64,000 nt of DNA, from assembly GCF_964204865.1 (NCBI RefSeq), contig NC_135250.1, positions 10,974,001 through 11,038,000 of the forward strand, given 5' to 3'. The notes under the pieces are model-generated. The model was not told where the DNA came from. It was given only the letters and a program-made list of their open reading frames with translations, and made no database searches. Of this stretch, positions 40,860 through 53,656 are shown in pieces. Position 1 is the first letter of the stretch. The number at the start of each line of letters is the position of its first letter. Source of the DNA: Styela clava (lineage: Eukaryota). The translations under genes and the position numbers were made by a program.

Positions 40860-41375
40860 GTCCGCCTCCAGATGAAGTTGCCGTAGAGAACCAAGAGTGA
40901 TCGCAAGTCGAGTCTGAGACCAATGTGACTCCAGAGCTGGTTCGGTCATTCACAAAACCTAAGCTACAGGAGCGAAAGAAACTAGAAAAAAATCCTGTAT
41001 TTTGACTCGAACTTCTGAGAATGACTTGGCTTTAGCTAGATATATGAAAAAGAACGCATCCAGTACACAATCTATACAACGCAAGATCCCCAGGAAAAAT
41101 GGTCAATGATGAATCGACCTCATATGAGGAAGATGTTATGCCTATTCACGACACCACTGACGACAGCGAGGAAGACATGTAGAAAAAGGTGGAATCATTC
41201 GAGCAGGGTGATTTTGTTACGGTCAGATTCCGAGGCTTTCGATCCATTGGGCACTATGTCGAAAAATTTTTGGAAGTTTCTGGTACGAGCGACGCAGAAA
41301 CCATAGAGATGAAAACAAAATTTTTGAGACGAGTGGATATGAGAAGAACCAATGCCAAGGTGAAGAAGTAATGGC
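40860..41375 (+). pseudogene. Degenerate C-terminal fragment resembling a pogo-like transposase
   Basis: Fragments VTPELVRSFTKPKLQERKKTRKKSCILT and FEQGDFVTVRF..HYV resemble C-terminal regions I recall from invertebrate pogo/DDE_1 transposases. Multiple frameshifts and no catalytic core seen. Confidence 0.45.
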
Positions 41376-42359
41376 ATAATATTTCAAGAATTCGAAACCT
41401 TACAGTCCTTACTTCGAACAATGTTCAAATGTGTGGTGATAGGATTTATAAGAGTTATGAATGAGTTAATAAAAGAGCAAATGTTAGGAGATGAGAAGAT
41501 TGAAATTCTTTTAGAAAAATCTGTGACGCTGTGAAGTTTTCATATCCATCAACTAAAATTTATTTACATAGTTATATATAATAAAATTGTATGTTTATTG
41601 TGATAAAATGAAAATTATGATTTACTAGATGAAATTGTTGTTGTATTGTATTCATGTCTATTGCTGTTTTTTTTTTCTTTCTTTTTTGAAAGAGAAAAAG
41701 AGTTACTTAAGTAACGGTGCCGGTACAGTGGCTGGTCCGTCTGAACGCGCGTGTGTCGTTGTCAAACACTGTGGGACAACGTTTGCGATGTGTTCAATAC
41801 AAAACGAAGTCTTCGTTGTGCGAGAGGGCGTTTTACTAAATATGTAAATCCCATCCTATTTCAAAAATCAAACCAAGGGTTTTAATTATCTACCATTGCA
41901 TGATCTATGACAAATACCATTCAGCACACCAGTTTCGAAATTGATTTGTGCATGTTTTATTTCATTTTATGAAGCAGATAACAAATGTATAGAACGGAGA
42001 ACGAAATATAGGCTACTATAGAAATTAGCACGCTTATGACCGATATAAGATATTATGGACAAAGCTGAACATATAACTTGCAACAACGAAAGAAAAGAGA
42101 AAAAAATTCAATTGGTTATGATTCAACAGGACGGCACTAAAGACTTTTAGAGCACCATTAACATTCTAAAAAATAAGAAAGCCAGAGTTTCTCAACAAAT
42201 CAAGGGTTCTACAAACGCTGGACAATGACTGACCAATCATCCATAGATTATAGTCTTCAATTGCAAAGTGAGCAAAACAAAAAAAAGAAGAACAAAACGA
42301 ATAAGAAACTGTCAGTCTGTAAATATTAAGCTCAATATTATTTTTGCAACATAATAAAA

Positions 42360-42469
42360 GGTGCTCCAGAAGTATGCACACCAAGATGTCACACAACCTG
42401 ATGCCTAACCGGTACAACATACTATGTTCAGGTTGTGCGCCATCTTGGTGCGCATACTTCTGGAGGTCC
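42360..42469. mobile_element. Merlin-like mini-MITE (110 bp)
   Basis: TIR ctccagaagtatgc(a/g)caccaagatg and perfect TSD taataaaa. Confidence 0.88.
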
Positions 42470-44793
42470 TAATAAAACTTAAAACTTGATAATACACAAA
42501 TCTTCAGAGAAAAAAATAGTATGCAGTGACAGAAATTTAGCAGTTCAGCAATTTATTATTACAGGGGTCAGCCATGATCAATATCCAACACATAAGAAAA
42601 CGACCTGCTCAATTTTCAAAACTTATTTGCATTAACAACTCCAAAGTAATACTATATTAGAGAAGGCAGTTAAATAATGTACAAGGAGGCCTGGTACTTA
42701 AGGTTGACTGTGGAACTGAATCCTATACAGTGAAAGCAAAAGCCACGAACAAACAAAAGGAATATTTAAACACGATTTCAGCTCATGGACGTTACAGATA
42801 CATGTGTAATGCACACGATCAAGTTCACAGTTACATACAAATCACAATGAAAAAAAAATATGACAAAAGCTTACTTATACTCTCTCAAACATTAACAGAC
42901 AGGGCTTTCAATTTTTTTTATAAATTCATTCCCAAATTGTGAAGTGAAGTTCGCATCATATTTTAGCATCATTTTGTATTTGACATGGACCAATAGTATA
43001 TATAATTATAAGTTTATACTTGGATGCATGCGAATGAAAAAAACTGGGATTAGAAAGGTGTTAGCAATGCATCATATCTGAATATTAATTATAATTTATT
43101 TAATTACAACTTCCTCCAATGGCATGAACCATCTTCGAAGAACAGCAGTTGCTATACTTTAACGTCAAGACACAACTTACAGAGGTAACATCAAATTCAA
43201 CAACAACTATGATTGACTATGAAACATATACATACATATAATTTTTCTTTTGACACATGTAACCAGTTTAACTCTCATATCTTGCATAATATTGACAACA
43301 AGAATGAATACTGTAATTTAGTGTAATCTTGAAACACGTCATTTTATAAAGCTGTCTAATTCATTATTTTTTCTTGGTAGAATGAGTAGTATACAGTGAG
43401 GATAGGACAAATGAAATTTAGATGAAAATAACTCGAAAAGAATTGCAGTTTAGAATACTCAATGATATGCTAGGTACGGTACTTGATAACACAAATATTC
43501 ATTCTTGCAATAATTATTGAAACTTCTTTTCAAGTTTTATTAAAGATGAATCATAAGTGAACAACCCCAAGCTTCAAAACTATTTCTAGTAAACATGGAT
43601 TTGATCCCAAACTAACTTAACCTGTACGGTGAAAAGATTCGCTTATAGGCCGAGGCAAACTAAAGCATACCTCACAGTTGCAAAACTTTTCAAATTAATT
43701 CGTTTACAATTGAAAAAAATAAAAATATTTAACAAAGTATAAGCCGATTGATATAAACAGAAAACAAAAAAAAAATACATTTGATTTGTTATTTTTATCC
43801 CATTAAATTTGTCGATTTTATAACAAGATCCTGCAGTGTAAATAACGTTAAAAAAAATTAAAAATGACCAGTACCATAAAAAAGGACACCCAACATTGTA
43901 AAACACTCTTGAAATCGCCAAAATCGCAAATATGAAAGTGTTAAAATGGGACTACAAAGGGTGGCCGAATTTAAAATGAGTAGGGAAAAAACAGTCTGAA
44001 TGAAGTCCCATTTTAGGCACCATCATAGGCAGTAAACCCATTTTTATCAATCTAAAAACAATAGGATTCTTTGCTTTATAAGTAGCCCGGCCACCCTTAA
44101 AATCACACACCACCAAAATGGCCCACCACCCTGATATTCAAAAGTAATCAAGAGCACAAAACAAGTCATCAGTAAAATTCCTCGACTAGAAACAATCTTT
44201 TAAAAGCTTTTTATATGAGGTTTCTTCCAAGACAACATTTTCACAAAGAAAATTTGCACATGAAATAGATTGCTTCAAGTATAATAATCATGGCACAGTT
44301 TCAATTCGAGTAAAAATTGTGTAAAAATCCTGTAAGAGCTCGACGATAAATGCCACAGAGAAAATGTCATTTAGTAGAAAACCAGTAAAACAAAAACTAA
44401 ATATATTCAAAAACTGAGAACTAAAAAAATATCTGGCATGAAAACAAGCAAAAACATTGAAAGCGATAACCAATTTTTCAGAATTCATACATTTCCGTTT
44501 TTCCAAGGAACATAATGAGAAAAGTATTTAACAAATGATTGAAGGTCTATAATACAGTATGAGAAAATTGCCATCAAATATGACTGTTTGACAGGAAAGA
44601 TAGTATGTATAATACAGTGTTGTAATTTTTTTCAACAGCACAGTAGCATCCCAAGTCAAGGACAAGTCAGCATAATAATAAAGCTATATTTCCGGAGCGT
44701 CCAACTGGTAACTAACTATTCAAATATCGGTTCCACAGTGGCTCAGCAAGAGGGAACACTGTTCAGGCAGTCGTGCAAGGTAATAAATAGTAC

Positions 44794-46554
44794 TCAGAAG
44801 TGCGGATTGCGATGCCCAATGCCTTCACATTCAATAATGTAACTTTCAGTGGATGGGGGAGCTGCTTGAACCAAACTGAATTGAGCCTGTGTCATCATTT
44901 GCGCTATGTGCATTGCGGTTTGGGTGTGAAGAGTTATTGGGCCAGTCTTGAGCCTGGATCGACCAGCTGCGAGTGCCATGTATATGATAAGCTGATCTTG
45001 TAGGTACTCATCCACACAACACCCATAGGAAAGGTTACGAAGTAACATTTCAGCAGCATCAGCACCAACCTGCTCAGCCTGAATTCCTTTCCTTCCCAGT
45101 GAGGACCCTGATAATCTGCAACCTGTCGTTGTTTCAGCAACCACAATTATTCCTGTGCCATTTCCCACTACAGCATTTTTAGGCTCCTGGAATTAAGATA
45201 CAAATACAAAAAACACATATTTTTGAGCTGAATATGAAAAGTCAAAGACAGGAGAATAAAAACTTACCTGTACAGCTTGAATATTAATAGGCACCTCCCG
45301 ATATGTCCTCCACAAAACCGAAGTTGCACTTTTTGCCATTTGTTGAGCTATCTTGAAAGGAATGACACCAGCAACAAAAGCCCGACCTTCAACAGATATG
45401 AATGTATTATTATTTTTGAAAATATTATCACTCAAAAATAACTGGAATTTAATTGTTATCCCGCACTTGAATTAACTAACAGTTAACAACCTTGTGGACC
45501 AAGCTGGAGATAATGGAAACAACTTGAAATGACATAGCAATTGTTCGGTGTCTTAGTAAAATACACATCAGTAAAATATTCTCTTCCTATTTATACCTGT
45601 TATCCTCTTGATTGTGCCAAAATTTGTCAAATCAACCGCTCTCAATTGTCTTACAGGTGAACTTTGAACTGTTACTTCTCCACCACCTCTCGGAAAATAA
45701 CCTCTGGTGACAATTCTGTAGAAACAAAATATTTTGTGCAAAATATGCAGAATATAAACTTGCAAATTGAAGGTAATGAGCCCATACCTGCAATCCATAC
45801 GAACACCAAAAAGCTCTAGCATTGGCTTAAGCACACAAGTGGTATAATCAATTTGAGGAGCCATTTCCGCATTTGTACCTCCTCTCAAAGTCAGATGTGA
45901 TGTACCAGGTGTAAACATAAGACAAGGAAGTGCTACCTATAAAAATATTAAAATGAGTAGTAAGAGTTAGGAGATATGAGAAAAAAAATTACACAAAGAT
46001 CATTTTCGGTTGCGTAATAAAAAAATGAAGAGATTTGTTAATTAACAATGTCTTTTGCAATCAAATCCATATGAAGCATAAAGCCTCTATACAGTATTTA
46101 ATAGAAACTTGGAACCAGGTGGGACTTGATTGAAAGAATGTAACAATACCTGCAATAAAAGACTGACTGCACCAGCAGTTCCAGTGTCAGCAAGAAAAGT
46201 TCCACTTTGCAACATTCCTGGAATGAATGTGACATGCTGTGCTCCTACTTGATCGCCAGTCAACTGTCCAGAGCATAGATCTCTAACTAGTTGCATTCCA
46301 GTCATATGCTGTGGTCGAAGCCCAGGATTGGTACGATTTGCTCTAATCCTACTTATTGATATAGGCTTATGCTGAATGGAGCACAAAGCAATAGCAATGC
46401 GTAAGATCTGACCGCCTCCTTCCATGATACCACCATCAATCTCAGTAACCTCCATAGATTCTGCTTCATCAGAGTTTGTTGTCCACTTGTTGTAACCGTT
46501 AGTGAAACCCATTGTTGGAGTGACTGCCATTCCACCACCATAATTTCGATTCAT
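44794..46554 (-). CDS. RTCA: RNA 3'-terminal phosphate cyclase
   Basis: Exons 46554-46150, 45936-45788, 45715-45597, 45386-45268 and 45186-44794 (1185 nt). Motifs 'EGGGQILR', 'PGLRPQH', 'GGTNAEMAP', 'RGYFPRGGG', 'DEYLQDQL' and catalytic His in 'LHTQT'. The CDS may extend to an upstream exon starting at 47181. Confidence 0.96.
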
Positions 46555-49500
46555 ATTTCCTCCCTGTCATTAGATGAAATGGAGTAATGATAATGCCATT
46601 GATGAAAAACGGATCTAAGAAAGTTTTCAGTCTTTTCGGAACCCAGGATGGCATAAGACAAATTGAATTTAGTTTTTGGATTTTCGAACCTTTCAGGAAT
46701 TGTTTAAAATAATACTATATAAATACATGTGGATACATCTGTCGACCGAAACGTCTGGATGAAATATCTGTGAAACATGTAAAAATCAGGGCATTCTTGG
46801 AATGAAAGACCCCAAAACACAATACATTGGTTATCTATTGGGGGTTATTAATATTAGGCATAAAATCTGTGGCTGTATGGAGGCGCATATATTGGTGAAT
46901 TAAAATAATTTTAGCTTCATAACTTACAGGTATTGCCTAATATTACTAAAGTAAGAATCTCAAAAAAGCTATAATGAAATTTGTACCACTGCTCCAAGTG
47001 CGGACATATTCATTCCTGTATTGCAATTTATATCTGAGGAGCTTCCTTGACCAAACTTGGAAATATCCAATCCAACCGTGTGACTCATATTAACCTTGCT
47101 TTTATCATCATGTTGCTGATTTTCCATGTAGCCATTGAATTGATGAGAGTTGATGTTCATATGGCCTTGGTTTGAAGCCATCTTACCTATCAAGCGAATG
47201 CTTGATAATATTAGTCTGGTTTTGATTTTTAAGGTAAAGCATTGATGCCAAAGAAAATGCCTAGGAGTAGTAAATAGTATAATTTAACAAGGTAATGGGT
47301 GAAAAGAGCCCTGATTACTAGGTAGGCCTATGTTTGGCTTTGGTATCATCAATGAGAAGCATCTCTGATCTTTCCTTGGAACTGTGATATCATTATAAAA
47401 TTTGTGTATTATTTGTTCATAGGTCCATGTCAAAAAAAATAGATTTATAAGATATATAGTTAATTTGTATGGAACACGACAAATAAAAACCCATTCAATT
47501 AGTGAATTACCAAAAAAAATTCAATTATGTGAATCGTTCCAATTTTAAATCATTTCTAAAGAGGATAAAAGTTGTAGCTTAACACCGAAACGGCAAATAC
47601 AGAAACGTGGTAATAAGAGTGAGAGAGATCTGCATTTCAGCATTTTTATCACAGTATCAATATGTAAGAACTCATTAAAATTGAATACTTGAATTGAATG
47701 TTAATAAAGGTTGAAAGGAAACATATACTATTGTCTCAGGAAGAACATTAATAAAGCTGAGTCTATGTGGTATCTTTATCTACATCGATTACTGCAGTAC
47801 TGGTAACTTCCAAGTTTATTTAACTAGAACAAATCTAACATTTTCATCTCCTTATCCAGGTGGTAGCCTAACTGAAATAAACAAACTTTTCCTGTGTTCA
47901 CTACTTTTGTCCCAAATACAGAAATATGGAAATAGTAGTCCCAAATGCAAATCCATGAATCCCTACAAATACTGAAATAACAGAATTACTACAGTACTAA
48001 CTTAGAAAAATAACGTTATGCCAATAAACAAAGAAATACCACTGTAATACTATAATGCTGTTATCTATCAGAATATTGGAATATGAAGGAACTGGCAAAG
48101 AAATACAGAAATCCAAACCAAATTCCGAATATATCAACCGGTCTTGCAAGTAGGCTAAAACGTATAACAGTATAATGGTGTGAACTATTTATATGCTTCC
48201 AAAATTTTGAATTTTTCCTGACGTTTTGTCCGTTTGTGGGGCCGTAGGCTGGTAGGTAGCAGCAGTCGATCGACGCAATGAGTATAACCCATGTCAGCAT
48301 GTTATTAACTTATGTAATGCGGTAACTTAGTACGGTACACGCATTACGGATTTTATGTTACAGATATAGGCTAGACAACCAGCTAAATTAACGTTTAACT
48401 CCCTATTGCAGTAGCCTATTGCTACTCATCGTACAACTTCTACTAAATATAATTTACAACATTAATGCTCACAACTAAAGTTAAATTATAGAAATAGTCA
48501 TCGACAAACGTTCGCCATGGGGGAGGCAGCACTCACATCACAGAGCCACGCTTAGAAATGCAAAACAACGTGTTTCGTTCGTCGCATATCTCTTGTTTGT
48601 TTAACCAGAAATATGATGACTTATTTGTTTCGCCATTTGTGTGAAATCTTGCTTCTTATAAACTTCGACTATAACGTACAATTCTATCAAAAATAATATA
48701 AAAAGTAATATGAATAAGCTTACCTTATTTTTGCTTGATTACGTAAACACAGAAAACTGATTGATGACAAGTTCAATGCTAATTGTGACGTAACAATTAT
48801 CAACTAAATTGTAAACACGCTGTAAAATACTTTAACCACGCGGGTTTGTGGAACACCAAAGATGCTTTTTCCGAACGTTGACGAGCTCCGCAAGAATGCA
48901 AATGAAAATACTTTCATTATTACACGAATTCCAACCCCGACTGTTTCGAAGTAATAATTACTAAAGTGATGTTTACCTGTTTTCGCGACCACTGAATCGC
49001 TAGACGAGTAATCAAAACATTGTGCAATACGACGTGTTTCAATCAACCAGGGTGCTTCCAATCTATAGTAAATGAGTGAGTGACCTTTGTACAAAATTCT
49101 CTGTTCATCACACCCATTGCGATCAATTTTATAATCGCATGAGGTGGCAGAATGATGCAAAATATTTTTTAGATTTTCGCGGTTCATTCTACAAACGTCT
49201 TCTCTTGAGAGGAGAGCTGGAGACAATAAAGATCATATGTAAACCGTACTGGTATTGTATGCGCTCATTTTAAGCCAGACGAACCCAATCCCAAATCATT
49301 TTGTATTTACATTTTCAGAAGTATTTTAAATGGTAGTCTATCTATGAGACGTGTTCCAGTGTGTCGCAGTTCGTCTTTGGATTATATTGGATAATGCTGA
49401 AGTTTAATCTATGCATTACTGATTGCATAAAAATATATTGGAGCTACGAAAACTGCCGTGGAGTGAACTTTATTGGATTATACAAGTCGCGAGATAGTTC

Positions 49501-49673
49501 TCGCGGAGATTTATTTGTATGCCTCCGACTTCGTAACGCCATCTAGCGAATGAATGCGTGGAGTGAAAAACTGCAGGTGCACGTTCAGCAATGTTGAAAA
49601 GCCGACGAAATACGATCGCTACCTTATGTTGCAGTATTAGGGCGGTTTTATTTTGATTGTGCATGTCTTTGGT

Positions 49674-52600
49674 ATGCGTTCTCCCGGTATTTTTGGTGGA
49701 TTCAGATTGCTGAGCGAGAACTGCAAGTTGATTAATACTGGAAAATCCCTTTATTCGAGTGAAGCTCAGAACGAAAGAGGTAAAATCAAATTAGTGTTGG
49801 AATCTCAAAAAACTGCTCTGTTGCGACGTCTACAAAATTTTAATGACAAGTACGAAGAATATGTCGGACTTGCGGACGTCCAAGCAGCGCAAAAGAAAGT
49901 TAAAGAGGTAAGTTGTCAATCCCAAAATCTTTTGAAATACTCTATTTCTGTCTTCATCAATGCACACTCTCGTCTCGGCAGTGGATGGGATAGGATAGGA
50001 TTTACATAGGATAGTGTGGCTCATCATGCCAAGTGTTAGAAATTCGGTTATTGCTAAGGGATTTTCTTTGATTCTGTTCATTTTATTGTCTTAACTAACT
50101 GTTCCTATATTGAGCTGACTTGGATCCCTCCCGTCTTTATCAAAAACAGTGGTCCATTTCAGCATTTGGTTATCAAAAGCTTTAAACAACATAAAGTAAA
50201 CAACGATGAGTCAATCTAACATATCAGGATTTTCATGTGAACTTTTCATTTTAAGGCTGAATTAATCTTTCTGGGTGCTCGCTCGAAGGAGAGAACGATT
50301 CTACGACAGATGGTTGCTACAAGAGAGAAACTAAAGAATGTCAGAGAAAGATTAAGTCATGTTGATTACTCGAACACAATGTATTTACAACTTGCTTCTG
50401 AGCAACATGAACTTGTCAATATAGAAGAAAGGTTAGTTTTATATATTTGTATAGGTAAAACCCAACCTTTTGCTCTGAACAAGGCCCTGTACAGGCCCAT
50501 TATTCACTCCGAACAAGACACAAAAATTCACTGATATCTAAAAAGGTACTATTTACCGGAATCTTTCCTGTTAGGCATTGCCTACACAGATTACACCCAA
50601 GATGAGGCGGGAAGTATGGTATTTGAACCTAAGATGTGTAATCTGCAATGTCAACACAGTTAAGTTTAACACTTCAATCACTAAGCCATCAAAACAAATT
50701 GTAAAACCTATATCGGGAAGTGAATGCACACACATAAAAATGTAGTGTACAAATATTTGGGGTTAGGATATATTTATAAATAATAAGAAAAAGATTTTTC
50801 AAATTTTATATAAAAAGAAAAACAACAAGATACAGTATACTGTATTATAATCATGTCTATTAAGACGAGATAAATTTCTCATCAAGAAGGTTATTGTTAA
50901 ATAGGATCTGTCGCATTCCTCCCTATTACACTTCACATAACTAATATGAAGGATAACATTATTCTATCCATTGTGAAATTTGTGTATATATATTGACAAT
51001 ATGCTGCCTGGCTTATGACAAAGGTATCTGAAGACATTTATCCATATTTCAATTACATTTAACTGATGCATTTCAGTCAGAAAAGGGAACTTGAGGAAGC
51101 TGAAGATTTGGAGAGAGATTCTTTTATCGATTTGTCGAATGCAATGAGAGAAAGTTATGAACATGAGAGAGCAAGAGTTGAAAGAACAAAGTATTGGTCG
51201 ATTATTGGAACTGTGATTGGCACATTAATAGGTTAGTGTATAAAATATGAGAATTCAGTTGTCACTATAATCTTGAATCTCTTCTTAAATTATATTCATC
51301 GAGCTTTGCTAGAAACAGCTTTTATTGGCTTTCACATCTAGTCTTATGGTTCTCAACCGTTGTTGATAAATTTCTCTTTGAATCTTTTCTCTCTGTTCTT
51401 CCCTCGACAATATCAGTAAAACTACACCAAGGGTCTGGAAAAATGCACTTTATCCTGTTTGGCTGTTAAATGATTAGAGAAATCTGAAAAAACTCAGATA
51501 AACTTTTAAGGCATGATGGGATCAATTTACGTGAACAGAGTTAGAACTAAGGATTTGATGAAAGCTGTGAAAGAATCTGGAAATAAAAATGACCTTGCTG
51601 CTAAGATTGATACAGTGAGTTGAACTTTGCTTTCATTCAGGAATTTGATCTCTGTCGTGTTCAACAACTCCTTATACCTTAAAGTAACCTTCATATTTTA
51701 AGTTAAAAAATAGTTGCACATGCATTAGATCAACTTATTCCGCCATCATTATCTGTCCTATAATTGTGAAGTTTATTTATACTTAAATTTGATAGATTCA
51801 ACCAGTCTCGCTGCCAGGATTTCCCAAAGGGTGGGAGGGTGTTAGGATTTAAATATTTGAAATTCCAATGCAATGTTTATTATACCTCGTTTAAGAACAG
51901 ACTTTTTCAGCAGATAATGATTTTTATGTTGTGTAAACCTTTCGTGGCCGATAAAAGCATTTAAAATGGACTGCCAATTGCATATTGGAATGAAAGTAAC
52001 CCTTGCATGTAATTACGGGGCCCCAACCCTCACTACCATAATCTTATCTAGGCTTATCATGATGCTACTGATTAAATTTTATTGTAGCTGTCTGCATCTA
52101 ATGAGGAGCAAAGAGTTGCTTTCACATCTGCCTTGAATATCATAGCGGAAAATATCGTGGAAATGGGCAATGCTCTTCAAGTTCAAAACTTACAAGCTAT
52201 GGCCGGTTTTGTCAATGAATCACTGACTGACCAACAAACAAGAGCCATACATCCAAGCCAACCGGATAAAAAATCAACGCATGTACCCCTGACAGCACTT
52301 ACACATGAATTGTCTAATTATAATGTAGCTTTGACTTCACTCGCAAATGCAGTAACCGCTCTTTCAAATGCCGGGGCACTGTTAGATAGCAGTTCCTCGA
52401 TGAAGATAGAAGTTTTGTTACAAAAACAAATTGAAACTACAAACCTTCTTCAAAACAGATTAGATGAAATGATAACATCGGCAAATGAGCTTGGCTTATC
52501 TGATATAAACAGTCAATTAAAAGAGATCAAGTCCAAATTATCATCCATTACATTTTCAAATTCCATTGAGTCAGAGTTTGACGATTCTGGTCCCATTATT

Positions 52601-52720
52601 CGTGAATTACACGGTGAGGATGAGACACCGCCGAAAGAACCAAACTGGGGTGTTGGGGTTAAAGATGTTGTACTCTGGGGTTCAGTACTGTGTTGTTTAT
52701 ACATGTTTATTAAATTTTGA
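49674..52720 (+). CDS. CCDC51: Coiled-coil domain protein 51 / mitochondrial potassium channel MITOK (~433 aa)
   Basis: Exons 49674-49907, 50256-50431, 51077-51231, 51511-51614 and 52088-52720 are in phase (1302 nt). Motifs '[17 protein letters not shown]', 'YLQLASEQH' and '[37 protein letters not shown]'; N-terminal presequence-like region and C-terminal TM. Confidence 0.9.
50460..50690 (-). mobile_element. tRNA-derived SINE in a CCDC51 intron
   Basis: Minus strand begins gatggcttagtga (A box) ... ggttcaaatacc (B box). Homologous to 62372-62568. Confidence 0.6.
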
Positions 52721-53656
52721 TTATGCTGCCTGCAATAAATACACTGTCTCTTTGGTCTTAATTCGAAATGTCTGCAGGAATGACTGTTCTTTCATATGGA
52801 ATATCACATAAATCTTGTGATTGAGATCCCATCTACAGTGTTTGAAACAAACCCCAGTAGATGGGATTTTTTGCGAGGATGTGAAGCTAATTAAAAATAT
52901 TCATTAGATTTGATCTTGCCTGCCTTATTTGGGATATTTTTTTGTTTAGACTAGAGATTGTGAGAGTAAAACATACTTTCGCCTAACTATCTGTTATTGT
53001 TAGCTGGTTATTTTTGAGGTGGGGCGCAGGTCTTAAAAAATTCTAAAAAGGAGGCTTAAACAGTTTTTAGAACTGTTTAAATATGTAATATGAGAAAAGA
53101 TCGAAAAATCTAGATGTGTAGCACTAACTGTTTCAAATTTACCCATCGGGGATTATTGAGTTTCAGAAAGTTTTTAGTGCATATGCATAACATAAATCTC
53201 CCTAGTCTCGTTTACATTTAGTGATGCCTGCAACTATTCATTCAACAGAATATTTTAATTTGAAAAACCATAAATTAACAACGAAAGTCTCTAGGATTAA
53301 GATATCAGATTAATAAGGATAGATGCAGTATTGCAGAAATCCTGTCCAAAATTTGCGAGTTGAAATGTTTCTACCCATATATAATTCTACGACAACGTTC
53401 TAAATTACTATGTTTTTTGTAAATCAAATGAAAAATTATTACGGTAAGTTATATATTTGCGAAATCATGATTTACAGTGGACATAAAATTCAGATTAAAA
53501 GTAGAGCAGTGGAATATAATGCTATGCATAAGTGCATGAAATAAAATTGTATAAAAGATTGCGAGATGTTTCACCATTGTGTGCCATATTGAATTGAGCC
53601 ATTTGCGGTACTGCTGTTGACAATGTGTAAATATCAATATATGATCTGATAAGCAT

